In this document: piece by piece, positions 8,649 to 16,417 of the stretch
Numbering within the stretch: position 1 is the stretch's first letter
Layout: each line of letters opens with the position of its first letter
Source: Clostridia bacterium
Lineage (GTDB): Bacteria; Bacillota; Clostridia; Oscillospirales; Acutalibacteraceae
DNA length: 64,000 bases
NCBI GenBank assembly: GCA_017396515.1
Contig: JAFQLV010000013.1
Span: 1,010-65,009, forward strand
Reading direction: 5' to 3'
The notes under the pieces: model-generated
What the model was told of the DNA's origin: nothing
The model's input: the letters and a program-made list of their open reading frames with translations, nothing else
Database searches by the model: none
Position numbers and translations under genes: made by a program

Positions 8649-8677
8649 TATGTCATAACAAAAGGGAGGCAACAAAA

Positions 8678-8920
8678 ATGAAGCACACATATAAAACAAA
8701 GGGTGTTTGTGCCCAGCTCATAACCTTTGACCTTGAAGACGGCATAGTTTCAAACATCAAATTTCTCGGTGGCTGCTCAGGCAACACTCAGGGCGTGGCA
8801 ACACTTGCTGATGGCATGAAGGCTGAGGAGCTCGTTGCAAAGCTTTCGGGCATCCGTTGCGGCTTTAAGGGCACTTCCTGCCCCGACCAGCTTGCTAAGG
8901 CCGTTGCGAGCAAGATGTAA
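8678..8920 (+). CDS. TSCPD-domain small protein (TIGR03905-like)
   Basis: 80 aa with GGCSGNTQG and the literal TSCPD motif near the C-terminus. GGGAGG RBS and a consensus-like promoter lie upstream. Confidence 0.8.
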   Translation: MKHTYKTKGVCAQLITFDLEDGIVSNIKFLGGCSGNTQGVATLADGMKAEELVAKLSGIRCGFKGTSCPDQLAKAVASKM

Positions 8921-8922
8921 GC

Positions 8923-9083
8923 AATTATGAATGAGGAATTATGAATTATGAATTATGAATTGCGACTGAAATTCTGCTAAAGGATAATAGCTACACGCAG
9001 AGATAATGAAGCGTCAGCTTCATTTCATGACCATCAGGTCATTTCATGCACTCAGTGCATTTCATGCCGTCAGGCATTTCATC
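8923..9083 (+). repeat. Structured intergenic element E1: AATTATG array, GCGAC junction, CGCAGAG box and four tandem hairpins
   Basis: Array AATTATG AATGAGG AATTATG x3 AATT at 8923-8961. GCGACTGAAATTCTGCTAAAGGATAA is homologous to the left arm of copies A/B/C. Hairpins span 9006-9077. Confidence 0.8.
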
Positions 9084-9093
9084 AAAACAGCAA

Positions 9094-9123
9094 CCCGACA
9101 GAGCAATCTGCCGGGTTTTGTTG
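9094..9123. terminator. Bidirectional terminator between the TSCPD gene/E1 and the 444-aa secreted protein gene
   Basis: CCCGACAG-agcaat-CTGCCGGG with TTTTGTTG downstream and an A-rich tract upstream. Confidence 0.65.
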
Positions 9124-9133
9124 TATGTATTTA

Positions 9134-10426
9134 TCAATAGTGTGCCGCACCGCAAGCGCAGACTGCATTTTTCTTAAAGAGCTTCTGGAAGAAGAGAATA
9201 ATTTTGAAGAAGAAGGCTTTTATACCGCCTGCATGACAGTTGCAGGAGCAAGGCTCGGCAGGCTTTTCAAAAGTATAACCACAGCCGTAGTCGCATTTGT
9301 AGTCGCCGTTGGTGTCTTTGTGAGGCAGCTTATCAACACGGTCTGCCTCGTAAGCATCACCGCACTCGCAGGTGTAAACTGTGTAGCCGTATGTTGTGCA
9401 GGTGGGTGCATAGACCTTTGTCTTATAGTCGTGCTTGTGATTTAAATTATTGATATCATTAATTTTTAATGCAGGGCGAACACCGAACTCAAGTCCATCT
9501 ACCCAAAAACAGTTCGTATAGCCGGAATCTTCAATATACCAATTTTTAGCTGTATCAATACCCGGAGTACGAAGATGCCAAGGAGATCTTTGGTCATAGC
9601 CGTAAGCCGGACCGGCATCATAGACTCCCTGACACTCAGCATAATCGCTGCTTTGTGCAATTAGATTTACATGACTAACGAAACCAAAATCGCTGTTTTG
9701 TGTATCTTCATAAGACAGCAGAAATATTTTGTCTTTTGTTTCATTTCTGCTTTCTGCAGGTTCTCCAGAACATACAACATCGTTATTAAGGGTAGTAATG
9801 GAGATTTCTTTCTTTTCATTATCCGTAAAAGCCGTATTATAGAAATCATCATTGAGCCATTTTCTTATTGAGCTTGTTTCGTAATCATTTGCATAGTTTT
9901 CATAATCAGGGTCGTTGAAACAGATGTATGCACCGTCATCAGCTGTTTTAAAATAAGATGTGTTGCTGAAAGCCTGTGTGTCAATAATCGTTTCACACAA
10001 CACAAAACCTGTTTCAGGGTCAAGAACACGCCACTCAATAGGCTCAAACTTAAACCAATAGGTCATGTTGACAAAATAACCGTTATCATCTTGTCTTGTA
10101 AAACCACCATTTCTGTATTCTATAAATTTAACACCGCGATATTTATTGCCGCCATATTCTACATCGATATATCTCATCCAAGACATTTGCATTACCGCCC
10201 CATCGAGATCCCAATAATAGTCATAGCTTGTCCAGTTTTCCCACGCAGGTGCAAGTGCACCAAGCTCAGCTATCAAGGCAAAATCTTTGACCTCACTCTG
10301 CGGATATGAGCCGAACTGAATAATGTCGCCCACCTTATATTTACCACCCTCAGCATAAGCCATAGGCACTGTGCAGGCTATCATAATAACCGCTAACACC
10401 AGACTTAGTAACTTTTTTGATTTCAT
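9134..10426 (-). CDS. Secreted protein (DUF6273-like N-terminal region) with Cys-pair module and Cys-flanked hydrophobic C-terminal tail
   Basis: Signal peptide MKSKKLLSLVLAVIMIACTVPMAYA after an AGGAGG RBS. GDIIQFGSYPQ and IEWRVLD motifs are present. The tail is CSCNCHAGGIKAFFFKIILFFQKLFKKNAVCACGAAHY. Confidence 0.75.
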   Translation of the reverse strand: MKSKKLLSLVLAVIMIACTVPMAYAEGGKYKVGDIIQFGSYPQSEVKDFALIAELGALAPAWENWTSYDYYWDLDGAVMQMSWMRYIDVEYGGNKYRGVKFIEYRNGGFTRQDDNGYFVNMTYWFKFEPIEWRVLDPETGFVLCETIIDTQAFSNTSYFKTADDGAYICFNDPDYENYANDYETSSIRKWLNDDFYNTAFTDNEKKEISITTLNNDVVCSGEPAESRNETKDKIFLLSYEDTQNSDFGFVSHVNLIAQSSDYAECQGVYDAGPAYGYDQRSPWHLRTPGIDTAKNWYIEDSGYTNCFWVDGLEFGVRPALKINDINNLNHKHDYKTKVYAPTCTTYGYTVYTCECGDAYEADRVDKLPHKDTNGDYKCDYGCGYTFEKPAEPCSCNCHAGGIKAFFFKIILFFQKLFKKNAVCACGAAHY

Positions 10427-10450
10427 AAGAAAACCTCCTAATTTCTTTTG

Positions 10451-10493
10451 TGTAACAAAATGTAACATAATTATTGTAACAAACTGTTACAAT
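10451..10493. promoter_or_regulatory. TGTAACA repeat cluster (candidate XRE operator) in a divergent intergenic region
   Basis: TGTAACA at 10451, 10461 and 10475, with inverted TGTTACA at 10485. The last two form the palindrome ATTGTAACA-aac-TGTTACAAT (10473-10493). Confidence 0.5.
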
Positions 10494-10513
10494 AAAGTCA
10501 AGGGGTGTTTGTT

Positions 10514-10717
10514 ATGAAAGGGCTGAAAATTGTAAGAAAATCACGAAATCTGAACCAACAAAAGGTTGCTATGGATTTAAACATTTCACGTGAAGCTCTT
10601 TCTCACTATGAAAACGGCAAACGGGAACCAAGCCTCGATATGCTCAATAAATTATCAAAATATTTTAATGTTTCAATCGACTACCTCATTAACGGTGAAG
10701 AATTTAAAAAGCAGTAA
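10514..10717 (+). CDS. XRE-family helix-turn-helix transcriptional regulator
   Basis: The sequence QQKVAMDLNISREALSHYENGKREPSLDMLNKLSKYFNVSIDYL is a classic Cro/C1 HTH. Confidence 0.8.
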   Translation: MKGLKIVRKSRNLNQQKVAMDLNISREALSHYENGKREPSLDMLNKLSKYFNVSIDYLINGEEFKKQ

Positions 10718-10754
10718 CATCAACTTTACACTGATGCTACTGCTTTTAGTTTTT
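10710..10754 (+). terminator. Terminator of the XRE regulator gene
   Basis: AGCAGTA...TACTGCT stem followed by TTTTAGTTTTT. Confidence 0.6.
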
Positions 10755-10757
10755 ATC

Positions 10758-10877
10758 AATTATTCTTGACGGACCGTCGGGGACGCCGGTCCCTACGCAT
10801 TTACTCTGCGGAAAGACACTCCCCTTCTCGGCAGAGTACGACGCAATTCATAATTCATAATTCATACTTCATAATTA
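10758..10877 (-). repeat. Structured intergenic element E2: AATTATG-type array containing the mgtC stop, GCGTCG junction and CCGCAGAG box
   Basis: The plus strand reads ...CTCTGCGGAAAGAC...GCAGAGTACGACGC AATTCAT x3 ACTTCAT AATTA (array 10845-10877). Confidence 0.75.
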
Positions 10878-11597
10878 ATCAATATAAAGGTCTCTTATGC
10901 CCTCAAGGGCTCTGATTGCGGATATTGTCATGCTCAGGCTTTCCTCGTCCTTTGGCATAACAACTGCCTTCATAACAATTGAGTCGCTCTTGCGCTTGGT
11001 GGAGGCACTGTCGGCATAAAGCACCTCAAGGGTGTGCAGGTTGCCGCCGTACCGCTTGATGATTGCACCGATTTCAGCCGCCTGACGGGAAAGATTGTCA
11101 GCCTCAATATATATGTTTCTTGAGGGATTGCCCTTGGCAACAACACGCTTGAGAGTGTTAAGAGTTATGTAAATAACCAATGTGGTTACAAGTGCGCCCA
11201 CATAATAGCCTGCACCTACGGCAAGACCTATGCAGCTGACCGCCCAGAGAGATGCGGCTGTTGTCAGGCCCTTAACACTGAAGCCCTCACGCAGAATTGT
11301 GCCTGCACCGAGGAAACCGATGCCGCTGATAACCTGTGCACCGAGTCTTGTGGGGTCAACATTTACAAGTCCCTGATACTCCAAAAAAACATATTTCGAT
11401 GTCATCATAACAAGGGTTGAGCCTACGGCAACAAGAATGTGAGTTCTGAAGCCTGCAGGTCTGTGGGAATGCTCTCTCTCATAGCCGATAACACCGCTGA
11501 ATATAACGGCAAGCACCATTTTTATCACGGCATCAAGGGCATACTGCACGGAATCAACGGAATATAGCCCGATTAAAAAATCTTTTATCGCTTCCAT
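10875..11597 (-). CDS. mgtC: MgtC/SapB-family membrane protein
   Basis: GYEREHSHRPAGFRTHILVAVGSTLVM and the following TM pattern are typical of MgtC. AAAGGAG lies 8 nt before the ATG at 11597. Confidence 0.85.
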   Translation of the reverse strand: MEAIKDFLIGLYSVDSVQYALDAVIKMVLAVIFSGVIGYEREHSHRPAGFRTHILVAVGSTLVMMTSKYVFLEYQGLVNVDPTRLGAQVISGIGFLGAGTILREGFSVKGLTTAASLWAVSCIGLAVGAGYYVGALVTTLVIYITLNTLKRVVAKGNPSRNIYIEADNLSRQAAEIGAIIKRYGGNLHTLEVLYADSASTKRKSDSIVMKAVVMPKDEESLSMTISAIRALEGIRDLYID

Positions 11598-11763
11598 GCC
11601 ATCATCTCCTTTTATCATTATAACCAATATATTATATCACTTCTCTTGCAAAAAAGCAAATTTATTTTAATGTTTCTTACTTTTATCATTTTTGCTTGAT
11701 TATAAAGAATAACTGTTGTATAATAATAGTGTATATTCAGGAGCTGTGTATTTGTGATTTCTT

Positions 11764-11800
11764 AATTAATTCATAATTCATAATTCCTAATTCATAATTA
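11764..11800 (-). repeat. Solitary AATTCAT/AATTATG heptamer array upstream of zapA
   Basis: AATT AATTCAT AATTCAT AATTCCT AATTCAT AATTA. It is near-identical to the array at 46418-46452. Confidence 0.8.
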
Positions 11801-11818
11801 ATCGAAGGGAATGATACT

Positions 11819-12253
11819 ATGGCAGCAACAAAAGTTAAACTCTATATCGCAGGTGTGGAATATTCCATTATAACCGAAGACGATGTTAAATATGTTCAGG
11901 AGCTCGGCAGAGACCTTGACAGAACCATAACCAAAATTATGAAGGAAAGCCCACGACTTTCCACAACTCAGGCTGCAGTGCTTTCAGCTCTCAACTACGC
12001 TGATGAATGTAAGAAGGCTTCTGACTCTGCCGACCGTCTGCGTGAGCAGATCAAGGATTATCTTGACGATGCCTCAAATGCAAAGAGCAAGGCTGACTGG
12101 GCAAGACACGAGCTTGAAGAAGCAAAAAGACAGCTTGAAAGCCTCATTATTGAAAACGGCAGACTTAAAGCAGAGCTCGGCGCCGTTCTTGGCAATGTTG
12201 CCCCTGCTTCAAATATCAAGCCTATGAAGAAAAAGCCCGATGGCAATGCATAA
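11819..12253 (+). CDS. zapA: Cell division protein ZapA
   Basis: N-terminal KVKLYIAGVEYSIITEDD...YVQELGRDLD followed by a coiled-coil C-terminus. Confidence 0.8.
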   Translation: MAATKVKLYIAGVEYSIITEDDVKYVQELGRDLDRTITKIMKESPRLSTTQAAVLSALNYADECKKASDSADRLREQIKDYLDDASNAKSKADWARHELEEAKRQLESLIIENGRLKAELGAVLGNVAPASNIKPMKKKPDGNA

Positions 12254-14309
12254 GCCTGAAATACTTGCCCCGGCAGGCTCTTTCGATGCACTTGTTGCAG
12301 GAGTACGCTCAGGAGCAAATGCAGTTTATCTCGGCACCGGCAGCTTCAATGCCAGAATGAAAGCCGACAACTTTTCGGGCGAAGATCTGAAAAAAGCCAT
12401 TGACTATTGCCATGCAAGAGGCGTGAAGGTTCATATAACAATGAACACTCTTTTGCAGGACAGCGAGCTTTTGCAGGCTCTTGAAGTGGTAAAAGCAATT
12501 GCTTGTCTGGGCGCAGATGCAGTCATATTGCAGGATTTAGGTCTTGCTTCACTTATTAAAGAGTGCGCTCCCTCACTTGAAAGACACGCCTCAACCCAAA
12601 TGTCTGTGGGTACCCCCTCAGGTGTGGCCTTGCTGGAAAACCTCGGCTACCAAAGAGCAGTGCTTCCGAGGGAGCTGTCGAAAACTGAGATAAAAGAAAT
12701 AAAGAACTCTTCTGACATTGAAATTGAGATTTTTGTTCACGGCGCTCTTTGTATGTGCGTATCGGGTCAGTGCTATATGAGCAGCATTTTCGGTGGCAGA
12801 AGCGGCAACAGAGGTCTGTGTGCACAGCCCTGCCGACTCCCATTTGCAGTGGCAGGCGGCACAGGTCACGACCTGAGCCTTAAGGATTTATCTCTGACAG
12901 AATGTGCAGACGATATTCTCGGCATAGGCGTTGACTCACTTAAAATTGAGGGCAGAATGAAGCGCCCCGAATATGTGAGTGCTGCCGTAAGAAGCGTGAA
13001 GGCTTCACTCGAGGGCGAGCTAAGTGAGGAGCTGACAGAAAAGCTCCGAGCAGTTTTCTCCCGTTCAGGCTTCACTAAGGGATATTTTGAAAGCACCCTG
13101 GGCAGGGATATGTTCGGCATAAGACAAAAGGAGGATGTAACTGCCTCCACCAATAAGGTGCTCACTGAGCTGTCAAGGGCTTATGAAAAAGAAGTCCCCC
13201 TCATACCCACAGAGTTTTATCTCAGCATTATCGAGGGTGAAAAGATTTCTCTTTCAGCTTCGGCAATGGGCAAAACTGTTTTTGTTGAGGACGAAGCCAT
13301 ACCCGAAAAGGCACTGAACAAGCCCCTGACAAAAGAAGGACTCACTGAGAGAATAAGCAAATGCGGCGGCACACAGTTCTACGCCGAAAAAATAGAAATT
13401 GACCTTGATGATGGTCTTATAGTGCCTGCAAGCGTTATAAATAATCTGAGAAGGCAAGCTCTCATAGAGCTTGAAAAGAAGCTTACGAGTGTAAAGGTGA
13501 ACAGCTTTACATATAAAGAAATAAAAATCACTCCCCACGAAGCAAATAAGGAAATGAAATTCCATGTCCGGGTGGCTAAAAAGGAGCAGATTCCGAGAAA
13601 CCTTAAAAATGTTGAAAACTTATATTTACCCCTGAATATTGATGAAAATTCGGTGGAAAGCCTTAAAAACTCAGGTGTTAACATAGGTGTTGAGGTGCCC
13701 AGAGGCCTTTTCGGCAATGAAAAGGCTGTGGAAAAGCTGCTTCTCAGAGCCAAAGCTATGGGAATAAATATGGCTTACTGCTCAACCTTGGACGGTTTAG
13801 CCATTGCAAAAAGCCTCGGCTTTGACATTCACACAGGCTTTTCAATGAATGTGTCAAACAGCCTTTCCGTTGAGGCTTTAGAGAAGCTTGGTGTAAAGTC
13901 ATTGACCTTGTCACCAGAGCTCACCCTGAAGAAGCTTACGGCAATGGGCGGCAGAGTACCCAGAGGAATAATCGGCTTTGGCAGACTGCCCCTGATGCTG
14001 ACAAGGAACTGCCCCATAAAGAACGGCAAAACCTGCAGTGAATGTAAGGGCAGCTCATATCTTACAGACAGACTCGGCAAAAAATTTCCGGTTATGTGCA
14101 ATATGGGCTTTAGCGAAATTCTCAACTCGGCACCGGTCTATATGGCCGATCGCCTTGACGAAATTGAGAATATGGATTTCATCACCTTCTATTTCACAAA
14201 AGAAAAACAGGAGCTTTGCGAAGCCGTTCTTGATGCGTACCGCAAAGGTGCATCGCTCAGAGAAGGCTCCGCTTACACAAGAGGATTATATTACAGAGGT
14301 GCGGAATAA
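12240..14309 (+). CDS. Peptidase U32 family protein
   Basis: PEILAPAGS, LKIEGRMKRPEYV and a 689-aa length are typical of long U32 proteins. The start could be 12240 or 12246. Confidence 0.85.
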   Translation: MAMHKPEILAPAGSFDALVAGVRSGANAVYLGTGSFNARMKADNFSGEDLKKAIDYCHARGVKVHITMNTLLQDSELLQALEVVKAIACLGADAVILQDLGLASLIKECAPSLERHASTQMSVGTPSGVALLENLGYQRAVLPRELSKTEIKEIKNSSDIEIEIFVHGALCMCVSGQCYMSSIFGGRSGNRGLCAQPCRLPFAVAGGTGHDLSLKDLSLTECADDILGIGVDSLKIEGRMKRPEYVSAAVRSVKASLEGELSEELTEKLRAVFSRSGFTKGYFESTLGRDMFGIRQKEDVTASTNKVLTELSRAYEKEVPLIPTEFYLSIIEGEKISLSASAMGKTVFVEDEAIPEKALNKPLTKEGLTERISKCGGTQFYAEKIEIDLDDGLIVPASVINNLRRQALIELEKKLTSVKVNSFTYKEIKITPHEANKEMKFHVRVAKKEQIPRNLKNVENLYLPLNIDENSVESLKNSGVNIGVEVPRGLFGNEKAVEKLLLRAKAMGINMAYCSTLDGLAIAKSLGFDIHTGFSMNVSNSLSVEALEKLGVKSLTLSPELTLKKLTAMGGRVPRGIIGFGRLPLMLTRNCPIKNGKTCSECKGSSYLTDRLGKKFPVMCNMGFSEILNSAPVYMADRLDEIENMDFITFYFTKEKQELCEAVLDAYRKGASLREGSAYTRGLYYRGAE

Positions 14310-14335
14310 TCCGCATCGGAGAGGAAGAAAACACT

Positions 14336-14833
14336 ATGCCAAAAAGACAGGACTATTTATCATGGGATGAATACTTTATGGGAGTTGCCATGCTTTCATC
14401 CTACAGAAGCAAAGACCCCAACACTCAGGTAGGTGCCTGCATCGTCAACGACAATAACAGGATTATGTCAATGGGCTACAACGGTTTCCCCACGGGCTGC
14501 AATGACGATGAGTTTCCTTGGGAAAGAGACGGGGATGCCTATGAGACAAAATATCCCTATGTGTGCCATGCTGAGCTTAATGCCATCCTCAACTGCAGAG
14601 GTGTAAATCTTGAGGGCTGCAGAATTTATGTTGCACTTTTCCCCTGCAACGAATGTGCAAAGGCTATTATTCAAAGCGGTATAAAAGAGGTTGTTTATCT
14701 CTCTGATAAATATGCAAACACTATGGGTACGCGTGCTTCAAAGCGTATGTTCACCGCTGCAGGCGTTAAAATGACAAAGCTCGAGCCGAAGAAGGCATCG
14801 GTGCTCATTGACTTTGATGAGAAGAAAATTTAA
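14336..14833 (+). CDS. dCMP deaminase
   Basis: CHAELNAI and PCNECAK zinc-binding motifs of the cytidine/deoxycytidylate deaminase fold. Confidence 0.9.
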   Translation: MPKRQDYLSWDEYFMGVAMLSSYRSKDPNTQVGACIVNDNNRIMSMGYNGFPTGCNDDEFPWERDGDAYETKYPYVCHAELNAILNCRGVNLEGCRIYVALFPCNECAKAIIQSGIKEVVYLSDKYANTMGTRASKRMFTAAGVKMTKLEPKKASVLIDFDEKKI

Positions 14834-14853
14834 TCAAAGCAGCAAGCCTTGAT

Positions 14854-15133
14854 AAAATGCAAAATTCAAAATTCAAAATGCAAAATTGCGGTCGCGGGCA
14901 CATTTCTGCCGATAAATAATCTTCTCCCGCAAAGTGAGTTGAGATAAAATACCAACTCACAAGATTATAAAAAATAAGGCAGGTCACTACCGATTTGGAA
15001 GTGACCTGCCGTTTGTTTTAAGATTGATAAGATTTGCCGTTTCTGAGCTTTATCTACGCGGAAAGAGTCTTAAGGTTAGTCAGTGGTAAAATCGCGACCA
15101 CAATTTTGCATTTTGAATTTTGCATTTTGCATT
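14854..15133 (+). repeat. Structured intergenic element, full copy A (AAAATGC arrays)
   Basis: Left array at 14854-14886 and TGCGGTCGCG at 14887-14896. CCCGCAAAG box, then terminator hairpin at 14978-15019 and GCGGAAAGAG box. CGCGACCACA at 15093-15102, followed by the inverted array to 15133. Confidence 0.9.
14978..15019 (+). terminator. Rho-independent terminator hairpin inside element A
   Basis: GGCAGGTCAC-13 nt-GTGACCTGCC followed by GTTTGTTTT. It lies downstream of dCMP deaminase. Confidence 0.7.
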
Positions 15134-15162
15134 AAAAAAGCGACTCCTCAGAGTCGCTTTTT
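15134..15162. terminator. Bidirectional terminator next to element A (serves the acidic zinc-ribbon gene)
   Basis: AAAAAA-GCGACTC-ctca-GAGTCGC-TTTTT. Confidence 0.8.
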
Positions 15163-15163
15163 A

Positions 15164-15607
15164 TTATTCTTCGTCTTCGATTTCTTCTTCTTCAATTTCG
15201 AACTCGAGAATTTCTGCACAAGCAGGACATTCTACCTTGCCGTCATCGTCGATGTCATCAAAATCGATGCAGATTTCTGCGCCGCAAGCGGGACAAACAG
15301 CTTCGATGCAATCATCGTCGCAGCAGTCACAGTCATCGTCACAGCAATCGCAGTCACAATCGTCATAATCATAAACGAATTCTTCAACCTCGCCGAGAGC
15401 TTCGTCGATTTCTTCGATATACTCCTCAAGCTCGTCAAGATCGTCATCGATATCCTCGATATCTTCTTCGAGATCGCTTATCTCTGAAGCCATTTCATCA
15501 AGAGCGTCAACGATAGCAGCAAAGAGCTTGCCTTCCTTTGAATCGTCATCGATGTCAAGGCCTTCCATAAGTCCTCTTAAATATGCAACTTTCTCTGATA
15601 CTGACAT
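15164..15607 (-). CDS. Highly acidic zinc-ribbon protein with an Asp/Cys low-complexity run (resembles CD1247 N-terminal-domain proteins)
   Basis: MSVSEKVAYLRGLMEGLDID start, the DCDCDCCDDDCDCCDDDC run, then CPACG...CPACA. The ATG at 15607 is preferred over the GTG at 15616. Confidence 0.6.
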   Translation of the reverse strand: MSVSEKVAYLRGLMEGLDIDDDSKEGKLFAAIVDALDEMASEISDLEEDIEDIDDDLDELEEYIEEIDEALGEVEEFVYDYDDCDCDCCDDDCDCCDDDCIEAVCPACGAEICIDFDDIDDDGKVECPACAEILEFEIEEEEIEDEE

Positions 15608-15654
15608 TATGTCCACATCCTTTTCTAAAGTGTTGTTAATAGTTTGGGGTTAGC

Positions 15655-16212
15655 TTATGCTCTGCCCATATACTCGCCTGTTCTTGTGTCGATCTGAATC
15701 ATTTCGCCCTCGTCGATGAAAAGGGGAACCTTAACCTCAGCGCCTGTTTCAAGTGTAGCGGGCTTGGTTGTGTTTGTAGCTGTGTCACCCTTGAAGCCGG
15801 GGTCTGTCTTTGTTACCTGAAGCTCAACAAAGTTGGGAGGCTCAACGCCGAAAACATTGCCCTTGTAGGAAAGAATCTTACAAACCATGTTTTCCTTAAC
15901 AAACTTGAAGTTGTCTGAAAGTTCGCTTTCGTTAATGGGGATAAGCTCATAGCTTTCGGGATCCATGAAATAGTAAAGACCGCCGTCGCTGTAGGAGTAT
16001 TCCATATCCTTTCTCTCAACAAAAGCTGTGGGGAACTTTTCACTGGGGTTGAAAGTACGCTCAACAACTGAACCTGTGATAACATTTCTTACCTTTGCAC
16101 GAACAAAGGCTGCACCCTTACCGGGCTTAACGTGCTGGAATTCAATGATCTGAAGAACATTGCCGTCCATTTCAAATGTGACGCCATTTCTGAAATCGCC
16201 TGCTGATACCAT
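15655..16212 (-). CDS. efp: Elongation factor P
   Basis: 185 aa with [16 protein letters not shown] and full-length EF-P architecture. Confidence 0.95.
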   Translation of the reverse strand: MVSAGDFRNGVTFEMDGNVLQIIEFQHVKPGKGAAFVRAKVRNVITGSVVERTFNPSEKFPTAFVERKDMEYSYSDGGLYYFMDPESYELIPINESELSDNFKFVKENMVCKILSYKGNVFGVEPPNFVELQVTKTDPGFKGDTATNTTKPATLETGAEVKVPLFIDEGEMIQIDTRTGEYMGRA

Positions 16213-16417
16213 ATTAGTATTCCTCCGAAATTTTAATTTACTTTGTTATTCTATAACAAATTCAAGCATTTTTCAAGTCTTTTTTGAAAATACAGGGAAT
16301 TTACTGAAATTAATAATGCAAATTCTTACAATTTTCATAATTTATAGCAGTTTCTCTTTTGTTTTATGCAAGTCTATGATACAATTCTATTGTTAAAGGA
16401 ACTTAAAACTTAAGGAT

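Noticed and set aside
9134-9262. I considered whether the similarity between the two C-terminal tail regions is a DGR template/variable repeat pair.
   Set aside because: There is no reverse transcriptase in the window. The mismatches are not adenine-specific, and both copies are in-frame coding ends of different genes.
8923-10877. I considered whether the array-flanked module is an integron cassette, with the structured ends as attC sites.
   Set aside because: There is no integrase and no RYYYAAC/GTTRRRY core sites. The same end structures occur next to ordinary housekeeping genes.
14854-15133. I considered whether the short tandem repeats could be a CRISPR array.
   Set aside because: The repeats have a 7-nt period with no spacers. 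They occur as inverted pairs around a conserved core. No cas genes are present in the window.
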